Part shown: positions 50,501-59,571 of the stretch, in pieces
Layout of the letters: each line of letters starts with the position of its first letter
Numbering within the stretch: the first letter of the stretch is position 1
Assembly: GCA_947062475.1 (NCBI GenBank)
Contig: CAMSQA010000005.1
Coordinates: 2,013-66,012, forward strand
From: an uncultured Clostridia bacterium
GTDB taxonomy: Bacteria; Bacillota; Clostridia; Christensenellales; UBA1242
Reading direction: 5' to 3'
Length of the DNA: 64,000 nt
Position numbers and translations under genes: made by a program
Notes under the pieces: model-generated
Told to the model about the DNA's origin: nothing
Seen by the model: the letters and a program-made list of their open reading frames with translations, nothing else
The model's database searches: none

Positions 50501-53500
50501 TAGGAAATGAATCGCAGTTTATAGAACTTAAAAGACTGATTGAACTTTATTGTTTGGATGCTGCTGGTAATGATGTGCCTTTTAGTCTCAATAGCGTTAA
50601 TTTTAAATTTACTTCTCAATATTTAAGCGAGACAAGACTTACAGACAGACAGGTGCTTGATCTGTTTGGCGAAGGTGGAATGCTTACTTTATTTGACAAC
50701 AACGATAATGAAATAATATTCACAAACACAGCTGATACAATCAGGCAGTCTCTTGCAAATAAATTGATTGGCAAGATAAAAATAAACAAAAATTTTGCAA
50801 ATCCTCACTATATGGAATTTGCTATGTTAGATTCAAGTGGTGCGGTGAATATAATGTTTTCATTGCAACTTCTTCAAAACTTTGCGGTTTCAAATGATAC
50901 TTATTTAGGTGACAATGCTGTTTGGGCTGGACAAAATCTTGAGCTTAAAAACACCGTGACAAATTTCAATCAAAATGCTCAGGGAAGTAGTCAGATCAAT
51001 GAAATTTTTGATAAAAACTTAAGTTATTATATAGTTGCAAATAATGAAGGAAGATATATTCTTTCTGCAAGTGAAACGAAGCCTTCAGGGGCAATTGGTG
51101 AATACAATGCCAATGCAAATACTATAAGGTTCTATGATTTTTGGGAAGTTCCAACAAAAAATTTCACTGTTTACATTCAACCAGAAGGGGCAAATAGTTT
51201 TGCTTTAAATCATCCAATTCAGTTTGAGGTAAAACGTGATATCAAGCTTACAGACAAGAAAGGCGTGTTTTATATAATTGGCGGTGGTGAAGTTGAAATT
51301 GAAGATTTTGTTTCTGTGACAAGGAATGATGACAAAGTCATTGACGGCGTTCAGTTTACTTATGATTTTGCTGATTATATAGAATATACGGATGGCAAAG
51401 TTGTAAAAAAAGAAAATTCTGATTTCTTCTTTGATTACAATCAAAAGTCACTTTTTACCACCTTGACAATTAAGAATGGAAGTATTGTATTCGGTGAAAT
51501 CAATGTTGAAATTAAGGTCATTGAAGAAGATATCTATTCTCTTTTAGCTTCAAGTTTTACGTTGGATAGCAATGATACAAAATTAAAACATCTCAAGCCA
51601 CAATCTCAAATGATTGGCGATATAAATTATATTATGTTTGCAGGAAATGCTGGTAAATACTGGAATTTCTCAAACCTTGCAGGATATGATTATCAAATTC
51701 TTCCTACTACTAGAGATTTTAATGGAAACTCTGATTTAAGAACTATTTATAGTGTAAGTGAAGGACAGCTTACATTCCAATCTAAAGTTGAACAAAATCT
51801 TTTATTTGGTCTTAATGACGAGGATTCAAATGAAAATCCATTTATCATATTGCAAATAAAAAGCAGTGGAAGCACACTTGCAACTTTGCATGTGCCATTA
51901 CTTGTTTCAAATATAGGCTATGACATAGTCGTTTATGAAAATTTTGATGGAGATGATAGATATAGGACAGAAAATGCATTATCAAAACCTGAAGAACTTA
52001 TTAAAAAGGGTATTTATAATGAAATAGAAGCTGGCAAACTCAGTCAAATTTTAAGTCAATATGACATGTTTGAAGTTATGGAAAGCCAAGAAGAAACCTC
52101 GTCAGCAATTTATCAGCCTATCAAAAAGGGCGGATTGTATACTATTGCAGGGTTTGAACAACAATTTAAAATTTACCCTCTTGAAAAAGATTATTCAAAT
52201 CTAGTTAATTCGACTTTTATTACCAAGATCTATTCTTCAAAAGCAGAAAATGAAGAAAATGAAGGAATATCAGTAGGTTATCTCACTCTAAACCATTTAA
52301 ATGAAAACATTGAAGAAGATGTCTTTATAGCTTTTGAATATGTTGTTGAATACTATGGCAAAACTCAGACCTTCTATTATGTATTGAAAGTAAAAGCTGA
52401 TGTTGAAGTGAAAGATGCTTTGTATGCGTATAATGGCGACAGTGAATATATATTTGGAGACAGCAGCAAAGTCAGTCAAATCAATCTTGATGCATTGTTT
52501 GATGAAAAAACTTTAAACAAAGACAAAAAGAGATTTAGTGTCAATAAAATCATCAATTTAAACAGTGATGCAAGTGAGGGACTGGATAGTAAATTGCAAC
52601 TAAGTCTTTCATCTGATGCAAAACTCATGTTTACTTATAATAAAAAAGAAATCATCAAAGATTATGTTTATGATATCAACAATAATACATTGCAAATTGA
52701 CTTAAATGATGAAAACCTATTTAATAGCGAAATCAAAAATGAAAATGGTTCTCAAATAAAAATAGCAATCTTTTCAGGTGATGCAATAGTTTCATATCAG
52801 GGTGAAAAAGTATTTGAAACATTGAAATACAAAAATGAAATCATTTCAGTCGAGGCTGGTGAAGATGGTGTAATGACAGACAGTGAACAATGGTCAAAGA
52901 CACTTGAAGCATACTTCTCAAGAGATTTCAGCACACTGTATTATAGACCTTTTGGTAAATATGCGAATTCCAAAATGACAATCAAAATTTTACATACCTA
53001 TCAGACAACTGAAGAAGAAAAGCTTTCTGTTGTAGGTGGCGATCAGATTTACACTTTGATATTAAATGAAGATTCTGAAATTTATGCAGTTCGTTTTACA
53101 GATAAAGGTGCAGCTAAAGAAACTGATGAATTTAATCTTACGATAAACAATGGTCAAAAATATAATTTAGTTGAAGGCAAAAATGTTTATTCAATGCAGG
53201 TTGAACTTCTTAAGAAAGAGGCAGGCAATGTCAATACAATTGTTCCTAATAAATTGGGAATTGGAATTTCTGACGGAAAAGATTATATTGAAAAAATAGA
53301 ATATAATTCTTCAACTGGAAAGCTTGACATTTTCCTTAAGGACTATATTGACTCAGATAAGACAATATCTCTTTCAGCTTATACTACTATGGGATATCTT
53401 GCTTCAATAAATGTTCAGCTTAAAGCAAACATAACTTACAATTGCAAAGGTGACGCATCATTTACAGGTGGCACAATACAAAACTTAAAGAATAGTATCT

Positions 53501-56500
53501 CCTTGGAAGAGGGCAATACACCTATCACAGATTATGATATAGCTTCAGTTGAAATTACTGGTGAAGGCAAAGATTTAGTAAAATTTGACTATCAAAATCA
53601 ACAACTTGTGATCAGTGATCTTATTTCAGATAAAAAAATCACAATCAGTTATGTTATAACCCTAAATGATAGTCAAGCTGACAGTTCAAGAGAATTTAGG
53701 TTCTCTCAAGAGTATATCCTGAAACAAAACGTCACTCCAAAAGCAAGTGTCGTTGTAAGTGACGAAACAATTGCTGGCACATCACATGAAATTAGTATTT
53801 ATGACTTATTTGAAGTAAACAGTGATAACAGTAAACTTTCAAATTCAACCTTTGAAATTTCAAGCACTTCTTCAAATCCTGCCTTCAATGGCATAAATAT
53901 TAATGGAGATATAGTTTATATAAATACAAATCATATTTCTAATAAATTGACATTGACGCTTACTTTAAAAGTGGCTCTGGTGTTTGAAAATGTCAAACAA
54001 ACATTTGACATTAATTATTCTTTTGTTGTTGCTCCAAGCGTTAAGCTGAATTCAAATTATCCAGTGCCAAATTCAAACGGTATGATGAAATTTGAATATA
54101 TTGACAATAGTTCAACTTTTGAAAATATTATCGACTTTATAAATGCAAATCCTATTTTTGGTGAGAAAAATAGAATTGAAATCTATCAAGGTCAAATTGA
54201 CACAACAGACAAAATTGCAAAATATACTACTAAAGTTTCTGAAATAGTTGACAAAAATTTGACAGTTATTTTAAATCGCAAAACTGACAATGCAAATATT
54301 GTTTTAATAGGCAAAGATAATACAGAGACGAATGTACCAGTAAATGGTCAAATTGCACTTGATAAAAATGTTAAGTTTACTCGCACAAGCAGTGGTGGAG
54401 ATGCTGAAATAGAGCTTAGCATAACTTATCAATCTGTCAATATTGTTTATAATATAAAACTTCTTGAAAAATCACTTTCAATGCAACTTAACACTGTTGA
54501 AAACTTCACATCACAAGGTGATTATCAAGGCTCTTCTGTCAATTACGAGAAAATTTATGTAGATAAGACAAATACCAAAGATATGTTTGCAGGCGAAAGA
54601 CTTGTCTATGCACAAATCAACGATTCAATAACTGACTATGCTGATGATGTTTATTACTTTGTGTTCAGTGAAGGAGAAAATGATAATACAAAACTCTATG
54701 CTTCTTATCCAATATATTTATCAGAAAAGGATCAAGGTGGAAACTTATATTATGATTTGGGAATTTCTTTTAAAGGAAAGAAATTTGCAGGACTCTATCT
54801 TGCTTCAAGTATTGAAAGCAATAAGATAGAAATAGGTGAAGATCGTCAGTTGAAAAATACCACAATGCTCCCTCAAAACCTTGCTAGAAATGTTTTAAAA
54901 TTTGCAAATGGCAATTATCAAGTTTCCCTTGCAAATAGGGCTCAGATGATCTATGGTGTTGATGAAAACGGGAAAGATATTTTGGTGGATTTTGAAAAAT
55001 ATGAGAAAATTTTCGGTGGTGATTTATTTGAATTAGAAACAACGACTGATTCTTCTCTTGATATAATAAAACAAAAGCCATTCAATTTAAGTTATCCAAA
55101 AGAAGATGGCTCAAATGCAATTGCTGAGTTTAACTTTAATTATTATTATATGGCAAGCTTTGATATTGATGTAAAAGAAAAAGTATCATCTTTAAGAAAC
55201 TTTGTCACAATTGAAGTGAATGACAAAAAAGATAGTTTAAATGAACTTTTGGGAATTTATCATCCAACGACAAACAGAAAAGTGACTGCATCTGATTTTA
55301 CAACTCCAAACTCTGGATTAAACTTTGAATTGATTTATTTTAGAAGTCAAACAGACTTAAAAAATGAAAGTGAAGTGACAAACATCTTACAAGATTATAT
55401 GAGCAGACATGATATAACAGCATTTAAACGTTTTGTTGAGGATGACGGAAACACTCCTGATAGTGATGCCACAATTAATGAATATATGTTTGTTGGTCCT
55501 GCAAAAAATGCAAACAGCAATATATATGATTATGAGCCTCTGCCTTTGGGTGCAAAAAATACAGGAGATTTTGTTCTTGGAAAAATCACTTATAATGTAG
55601 GTGACTTCAAAAAAGATTTCTATGCTGTGATCAAAATCATGCCAGATTATAATGTTGCTTTTAATGGCACTCATACAAACGGGCAAGATGAGATAGGAGA
55701 AGATGGTAAGGTTATTCGTTCAAATCTTGAACCTCGCAGAGTTGAATATTTAAGCAGTAAAGATCAAAATCAATATCAAGATTTTGCTCTGACTGGTGAC
55801 GGAACTGGCTTTATGACAATTTCTCATAGGAATGGAACAAGTGAAAAGAAAGATCTTTCAACTTCAAACTTTACAATCTCGATGCCAGTGGACAAAACAA
55901 TCGATGGTATCACATACAATGATAGATCAAACCTCAAAAATAAAATATTTTATAATATAGGAGATACGTATAATCTTTCAGGTAATTGGACTTGTGATGA
56001 AGTTTTAAATCTTTATGGATATAGCCAAAAATCAGCCATAGAATTTCAAAATATAAAAGCAGTAATTTTTGGAAATCAAAATTACTTTATTGAAGGTGAG
56101 GATGCTTATGGCTACAGGTTTAGATTATACTTTATGCTTAAAGCGACTCAAAATACACCTGAAATTACAAATACAATTACTATAACTGAAGAAGATTATA
56201 TCGATCTTGCAATAGACAAATTCAAGAGTTTAAGTTTCAAAAAGGATAGTGATGTTAAGTATATAATTACTGCAGAAGATCGTTCAATCCAATCAAATGA
56301 CTCAAAAGTTAATGTTTTAAAATTTGAAGGTATTGATGCATGGCAGTTTGTTGATGATTATACTAAACCTCAGCTAAATGATGAAAATAGGCAGTATTTA
56401 AATTTTAACAACAATACTATAGAAGAGCCAAACAAAGCATATAGTGCTAATAACAGTGGGACATATCAAATTGAAATCACTCAAGGTGAACAGTATTTAA

Positions 56501-58032
56501 ACTGGCCTATGATAAACAAACTTTCTGTGGATAGTATAAAACTCTATGATCCAAAGTCCAATATCTACCTTGCAAATGTAAATCAAAAAGGCGAAAAAAC
56601 TTCTAAGCAAGCTGATTCAACTGAGACTACAAAAAATTCTTCTTGGGCGTTTGCAACTGAAGGCACTGGATATTTTGGAGAACCAAACAAAGTTCGTTCT
56701 TTATATGGCAAGAAACAAAATGATGATGGCACCTCATATTATCAAGATGAACTTTTTGTAATGCCAAAACTTTCTGATACTTCGCTTTATGGCAATGGAG
56801 ATTCTGCATTGCTTAGACTTGTAGTCAGACTTAAATATTTCGATATTAACAGTGGTATCACAGAATATTGTGAATGTCCTGTCAATATTACTGTAAATCG
56901 CAAGGCTAAACTAGATCAAACAGAAAAAAGAGTAGTCCGTGATGGTGAAGAATTTGCACTGAGTGATAAAATTCAAGCATCAATTACAGATGATACTCAA
57001 ACGATTAAAGTGAAAAGTTATGTCAATGATACAATTGAAGTCCTTGTAAATGCACATGGCACAGCAACTTTTGATATGACCTTGACAAGAGCTGGTGAGG
57101 TTATTGCAAAACAGTCTATGTCCTTGTCGAATACAGGATCAAGCATTGCTATTACAAAATATGAATCACTTTCAGCTGCGTTTGGCACTTATGTAAAGCC
57201 AGGCGATATCGTAAATATTTCAAACAAAAATGATGTAAAAGGAATTTATTACATAACCAACATTCTTCCAGATACAAACGAGACTGATACAAACAATCCA
57301 GACACAATTGTGGAAAAACATGCTACGAAAGGAGTAATTGAAAACGATCAATTCACTATCAGCACTATTGAAAAAGATATTGTGTTTGTTGAAAATGCAA
57401 TGTTGCTTAATAGTTATAGTTATGGCATAACCAAACACTATATTGCACAATGTGAATTTACTCCAAAATCTTCTAATATTCCTACAGAAGCGTCACGTGC
57501 AGAAACAGCAACTTACGATTATCGTGTTTCTGCGAATTATGAAGTCACAGGTTATGTTTATAATCTCGAAAGAAATTATGATGGCGAAATTGGAACGTGT
57601 ATAGTTTCAACATATAATGAAAATGCAGAAGTTGGGAAAAAGTGGACTGAAGCAAAATTTTCAAACTGGAGCAATGCATTTAAGCTTTATCAAGGTTATA
57701 CACCAAGTGGCGGAAAGATTGAAGTTAATAGATCAGAGGAGTTAATTTTAACAGACGAAAACGTAAAGAAGTATCTTTCATTCAGACTGGATGATAAGGG
57801 TGGCGAAACAACTTTGGGTAATGCTACAATTGATACAGAAGACGGCACAATTCAACTTAGTGACAATTTCAGACCAAACCAATTCATAAGAGTTGTTGTG
57901 CTTATGAAAGTGAGCGGAGAAGATAGAGATATTACAAAAATAGATAATGAAGGGAAAGTAATACTTGGCAGACTTAATTTAAGCACAAAGATTAGAATAA
58001 TTACAACATCACCAGAGCAGCCTAATTCATAA
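47590..58032 (+). CDS. Giant N-terminally membrane-anchored surface protein (3,480 aa), no recognisable domain
   Basis: One uninterrupted 10.4-kb ORF. A GAGGGG SD lies 6 nt upstream. There is a Lys-rich 25-aa N-tail followed by a single TM helix (WMTVVVTIASVFAISGATVLGVYLAGG). The rest is non-repetitive and rich in N/I/K/E/S/T/Y. I saw no GLUG turns, no HExxH and no LPXTG. Confidence 0.9.
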   Translation: MKKKNKKIKEEKKKEGKFKSKWKTWMTVVVTIASVFAISGATVLGVYLAGGFDEKNIMPESIDFNYNDGLFNAQRGQLEVGEDFQLTITTPTQEVTRRKVELSFGGDVVIGYDPENKLISNGSIQVPQYVSIGRPFNVHLLNDHLKDENGNAIKDTNENYIDWIVGGISTLIARSENIHIGSASIKIAVDVPVYSTETLVYNSKGELTTQVVRNERFTVETKYIPADSKYMFSDNKSTIDSSLWREKHSYYEAESEENTVEAVYDGKHQVHFVASNQAADNIKINGYTFETAKAQLDYDALVGDIDGEYYYTGVLGYLRDNTDDSEDNKIVESSFKTISIGEENIGRFNVSSQTIKMNVETSLNLYLNNYPYQSNSDYLGVKVYSSSGLLLDNLLKNIVISFDNNGVDPTQGENKILSIIGDSEIPYVDIDGKRFYKSNSEVNDIRFSNWKLTATQAMDLKINVALLVNDGTELFASPSGEAMISQVNLKISKHEEKPLSWTDQDDLNVLLNYQIVDNESKIEAVTIDLNQFVSVPEENKYKDTVFFAWFGDGPLADYIETANRIIGENGYILERSGRYQVNASRTSTLFALNGSRITLYNTGEFAIYFATVKPNGANELYDIVEMSSTSKSVTSKTALYKNSISDYEIDATNFNDENENEISINLGSDLSFNLRFTIAPESVPVFKDEFQKGYVRPLIYDIAGNDISEYFTFGEGLILTDDEKNAVIVEYKVTTKSSIQIDSANGIYLGYISLIYDNNQDQAIEWKRETSLISEKLVNIYKPKAVNIEMSNKSEVYNAIADGNNNTITVDQSLTQNGGFNTTIKVTLLDGTIKTFNNVTEFINNVVGANGANFEITDQKGKTNTLRNQWKFAVSAGNSAIINFLTNGQSFAFRNTNSNSYIPLTLIIKSNDGESTLSENGKTFEIKFEVKATGISKIRYDSENPKTYETSVTTESTDTSKEVIVKKYGAVGNESQFIELKRLIELYCLDAAGNDVPFSLNSVNFKFTSQYLSETRLTDRQVLDLFGEGGMLTLFDNNDNEIIFTNTADTIRQSLANKLIGKIKINKNFANPHYMEFAMLDSSGAVNIMFSLQLLQNFAVSNDTYLGDNAVWAGQNLELKNTVTNFNQNAQGSSQINEIFDKNLSYYIVANNEGRYILSASETKPSGAIGEYNANANTIRFYDFWEVPTKNFTVYIQPEGANSFALNHPIQFEVKRDIKLTDKKGVFYIIGGGEVEIEDFVSVTRNDDKVIDGVQFTYDFADYIEYTDGKVVKKENSDFFFDYNQKSLFTTLTIKNGSIVFGEINVEIKVIEEDIYSLLASSFTLDSNDTKLKHLKPQSQMIGDINYIMFAGNAGKYWNFSNLAGYDYQILPTTRDFNGNSDLRTIYSVSEGQLTFQSKVEQNLLFGLNDEDSNENPFIILQIKSSGSTLATLHVPLLVSNIGYDIVVYENFDGDDRYRTENALSKPEELIKKGIYNEIEAGKLSQILSQYDMFEVMESQEETSSAIYQPIKKGGLYTIAGFEQQFKIYPLEKDYSNLVNSTFITKIYSSKAENEENEGISVGYLTLNHLNENIEEDVFIAFEYVVEYYGKTQTFYYVLKVKADVEVKDALYAYNGDSEYIFGDSSKVSQINLDALFDEKTLNKDKKRFSVNKIINLNSDASEGLDSKLQLSLSSDAKLMFTYNKKEIIKDYVYDINNNTLQIDLNDENLFNSEIKNENGSQIKIAIFSGDAIVSYQGEKVFETLKYKNEIISVEAGEDGVMTDSEQWSKTLEAYFSRDFSTLYYRPFGKYANSKMTIKILHTYQTTEEEKLSVVGGDQIYTLILNEDSEIYAVRFTDKGAAKETDEFNLTINNGQKYNLVEGKNVYSMQVELLKKEAGNVNTIVPNKLGIGISDGKDYIEKIEYNSSTGKLDIFLKDYIDSDKTISLSAYTTMGYLASINVQLKANITYNCKGDASFTGGTIQNLKNSISLEEGNTPITDYDIASVEITGEGKDLVKFDYQNQQLVISDLISDKKITISYVITLNDSQADSSREFRFSQEYILKQNVTPKASVVVSDETIAGTSHEISIYDLFEVNSDNSKLSNSTFEISSTSSNPAFNGININGDIVYINTNHISNKLTLTLTLKVALVFENVKQTFDINYSFVVAPSVKLNSNYPVPNSNGMMKFEYIDNSSTFENIIDFINANPIFGEKNRIEIYQGQIDTTDKIAKYTTKVSEIVDKNLTVILNRKTDNANIVLIGKDNTETNVPVNGQIALDKNVKFTRTSSGGDAEIELSITYQSVNIVYNIKLLEKSLSMQLNTVENFTSQGDYQGSSVNYEKIYVDKTNTKDMFAGERLVYAQINDSITDYADDVYYFVFSEGENDNTKLYASYPIYLSEKDQGGNLYYDLGISFKGKKFAGLYLASSIESNKIEIGEDRQLKNTTMLPQNLARNVLKFANGNYQVSLANRAQMIYGVDENGKDILVDFEKYEKIFGGDLFELETTTDSSLDIIKQKPFNLSYPKEDGSNAIAEFNFNYYYMASFDIDVKEKVSSLRNFVTIEVNDKKDSLNELLGIYHPTTNRKVTASDFTTPNSGLNFELIYFRSQTDLKNESEVTNILQDYMSRHDITAFKRFVEDDGNTPDSDATINEYMFVGPAKNANSNIYDYEPLPLGAKNTGDFVLGKITYNVGDFKKDFYAVIKIMPDYNVAFNGTHTNGQDEIGEDGKVIRSNLEPRRVEYLSSKDQNQYQDFALTGDGTGFMTISHRNGTSEKKDLSTSNFTISMPVDKTIDGITYNDRSNLKNKIFYNIGDTYNLSGNWTCDEVLNLYGYSQKSAIEFQNIKAVIFGNQNYFIEGEDAYGYRFRLYFMLKATQNTPEITNTITITEEDYIDLAIDKFKSLSFKKDSDVKYIITAEDRSIQSNDSKVNVLKFEGIDAWQFVDDYTKPQLNDENRQYLNFNNNTIEEPNKAYSANNSGTYQIEITQGEQYLNWPMINKLSVDSIKLYDPKSNIYLANVNQKGEKTSKQADSTETTKNSSWAFATEGTGYFGEPNKVRSLYGKKQNDDGTSYYQDELFVMPKLSDTSLYGNGDSALLRLVVRLKYFDINSGITEYCECPVNITVNRKAKLDQTEKRVVRDGEEFALSDKIQASITDDTQTIKVKSYVNDTIEVLVNAHGTATFDMTLTRAGEVIAKQSMSLSNTGSSIAITKYESLSAAFGTYVKPGDIVNISNKNDVKGIYYITNILPDTNETDTNNPDTIVEKHATKGVIENDQFTISTIEKDIVFVENAMLLNSYSYGITKHYIAQCEFTPKSSNIPTEASRAETATYDYRVSANYEVTGYVYNLERNYDGEIGTCIVSTYNENAEVGKKWTEAKFSNWSNAFKLYQGYTPSGGKIEVNRSEELILTDENVKKYLSFRLDDKGGETTLGNATIDTEDGTIQLSDNFRPNQFIRVVVLMKVSGEDRDITKIDNEGKVILGRLNLSTKIRIITTSPEQPNS

Positions 58033-58070
58033 AAAAAATTTAGATAAAAAAATACTTAAAAGGAGTGAAA

Positions 58071-59528
58071 ATGTTTGGCGAGATTTCAAAAATAGTAATT
58101 ACAATTGTGGCATGTGTCAACTTTTTCCTTCTTGTAGGTATGATTTTCCTTGAAAGAAGAAAACCTGAAAATATTATTGCTTGGCTTACAATTTTGACTT
58201 TTCTTCCTATATTTGGTTTTTTGCTTTATATTATTTTCGGAAGCGGACTTAGTGTGCGGACAAGACGCATGATAAAGAAAAAGGCGGTGTCAGAACGTGA
58301 TATCATCAGAAATATAGATGGTATTCAAACACTTGATGAAGCAAGAATTGATGATACGCTTATTGAACATCGAGAACTTGTTTCAATGTGCTATTCATAT
58401 GGTTCTTATCCGCTTCCTGGAAATGATATCAAAGTTTTCACAAGTGGCAATTCAAAGATTGAAGCTTTAAAAAAAGATCTGCTTAATGCCAAAAACTCAA
58501 TAAATATCGAATATTATATCTTTGCCAATGATAAGATTGGCAAGGAAATAATGGATATTTTGTGCATGAAAGCAAAAGAGGGCGTTGATGTCAAACTTAT
58601 ATATGACTCAATAGGTTCTCGCAAGGCATCAAGGCGTTTCTTCAAAAAGTTGGAACAGGCTGGAGGACAGATCGGAGAATTTTTTCCACCTTTTATGCAT
58701 ATAAGGCTTATCAATTTAAAGCTCAACTATCGAAATCACAGAAAAATTGTCATAATTGATGGCAAAATAGGTTATACTGGTGGTGTGAATATCCGTGATG
58801 ACCACATGAGCCGTGATAAAAAACTTTACCCATGGCGTGATACTCACATTAGAATTGAGGGTAGTGGTGTTTATGGCCTTCAAAACGTATTTTTAGATGA
58901 TTGGCGATATTGTCAAAATGACAACACACCTCCAAGATTATATCTTGAAAATGGTTATTTCCCAAGTCCAAAACTTTGTGGTGACGCAACTGTTCAAGTT
59001 CTGGCATCAGGACCTGATAGTCAAGTGCAAAGAATAAAGGAAACTTTTGTAAAGATGATCACATGTGCAAAAGATAAGGTATACATCCAAACGCCATATT
59101 TTATACCTGATGATGTTTTCTTTGCAAGTTTAAGAATAGCTGTAAAAAGTGGAGTCGATGTAAGAATCATGGTTCCAAGAAAACCTGATAAAAAAACAGT
59201 TTATCTAGCAACCCTTTCATATCTCAAAGAAATGGCAGAAATAGGTGTAAAAATCTATCTCTACAAAGGGTTTTTACACAGCAAGGCGTTGATAATAGAT
59301 GACAACCTTTTATCAATTGGCACTTGCAATATGGATAATCGTTCATTTGCATTAAACTTTGAAAATACTGTGCTTATTTATTCAAAAAAACTTAATAAAC
59401 AACATCAAGAAATATTTGAAGAAGACGTCAAACATTCTGTTGAAGTAGGCGCAAATTATTTTCAAAAGAAAAGCTTTCTTACAAAGATGTTGCAAGCGAT
59501 TATGCGTTTGTTATCATCATTGTTTTAA
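58071..59528 (+). CDS. cls: Cardiolipin synthase
   Basis: Two N-terminal TM helices and two HKD motifs (HRKIVIIDGKIGYTGGVN and HSKALIIDDNLLSIGTCNMDNRS) are present. I prefer the ATG at 58071 because an AAGGAG SD precedes it. The gene starts 38 nt after giant gene 2. Confidence 0.9.
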   Translation: MFGEISKIVITIVACVNFFLLVGMIFLERRKPENIIAWLTILTFLPIFGFLLYIIFGSGLSVRTRRMIKKKAVSERDIIRNIDGIQTLDEARIDDTLIEHRELVSMCYSYGSYPLPGNDIKVFTSGNSKIEALKKDLLNAKNSINIEYYIFANDKIGKEIMDILCMKAKEGVDVKLIYDSIGSRKASRRFFKKLEQAGGQIGEFFPPFMHIRLINLKLNYRNHRKIVIIDGKIGYTGGVNIRDDHMSRDKKLYPWRDTHIRIEGSGVYGLQNVFLDDWRYCQNDNTPPRLYLENGYFPSPKLCGDATVQVLASGPDSQVQRIKETFVKMITCAKDKVYIQTPYFIPDDVFFASLRIAVKSGVDVRIMVPRKPDKKTVYLATLSYLKEMAEIGVKIYLYKGFLHSKALIIDDNLLSIGTCNMDNRSFALNFENTVLIYSKKLNKQHQEIFEEDVKHSVEVGANYFQKKSFLTKMLQAIMRLLSSLF

Positions 59529-59560
59529 AAAAAGATATACAATTTTGTATATCTTTTTTT
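59527..59560. terminator. Bidirectional rho-independent terminator
   Basis: A 10-bp stem pairs AAGATATACA (59532..59541) with TGTATATCTT (59546..59555), with loop ATTT. It is flanked by an A-run and a T-run. Confidence 0.75.
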
Positions 59561-59571
59561 GTCTAAATTGT

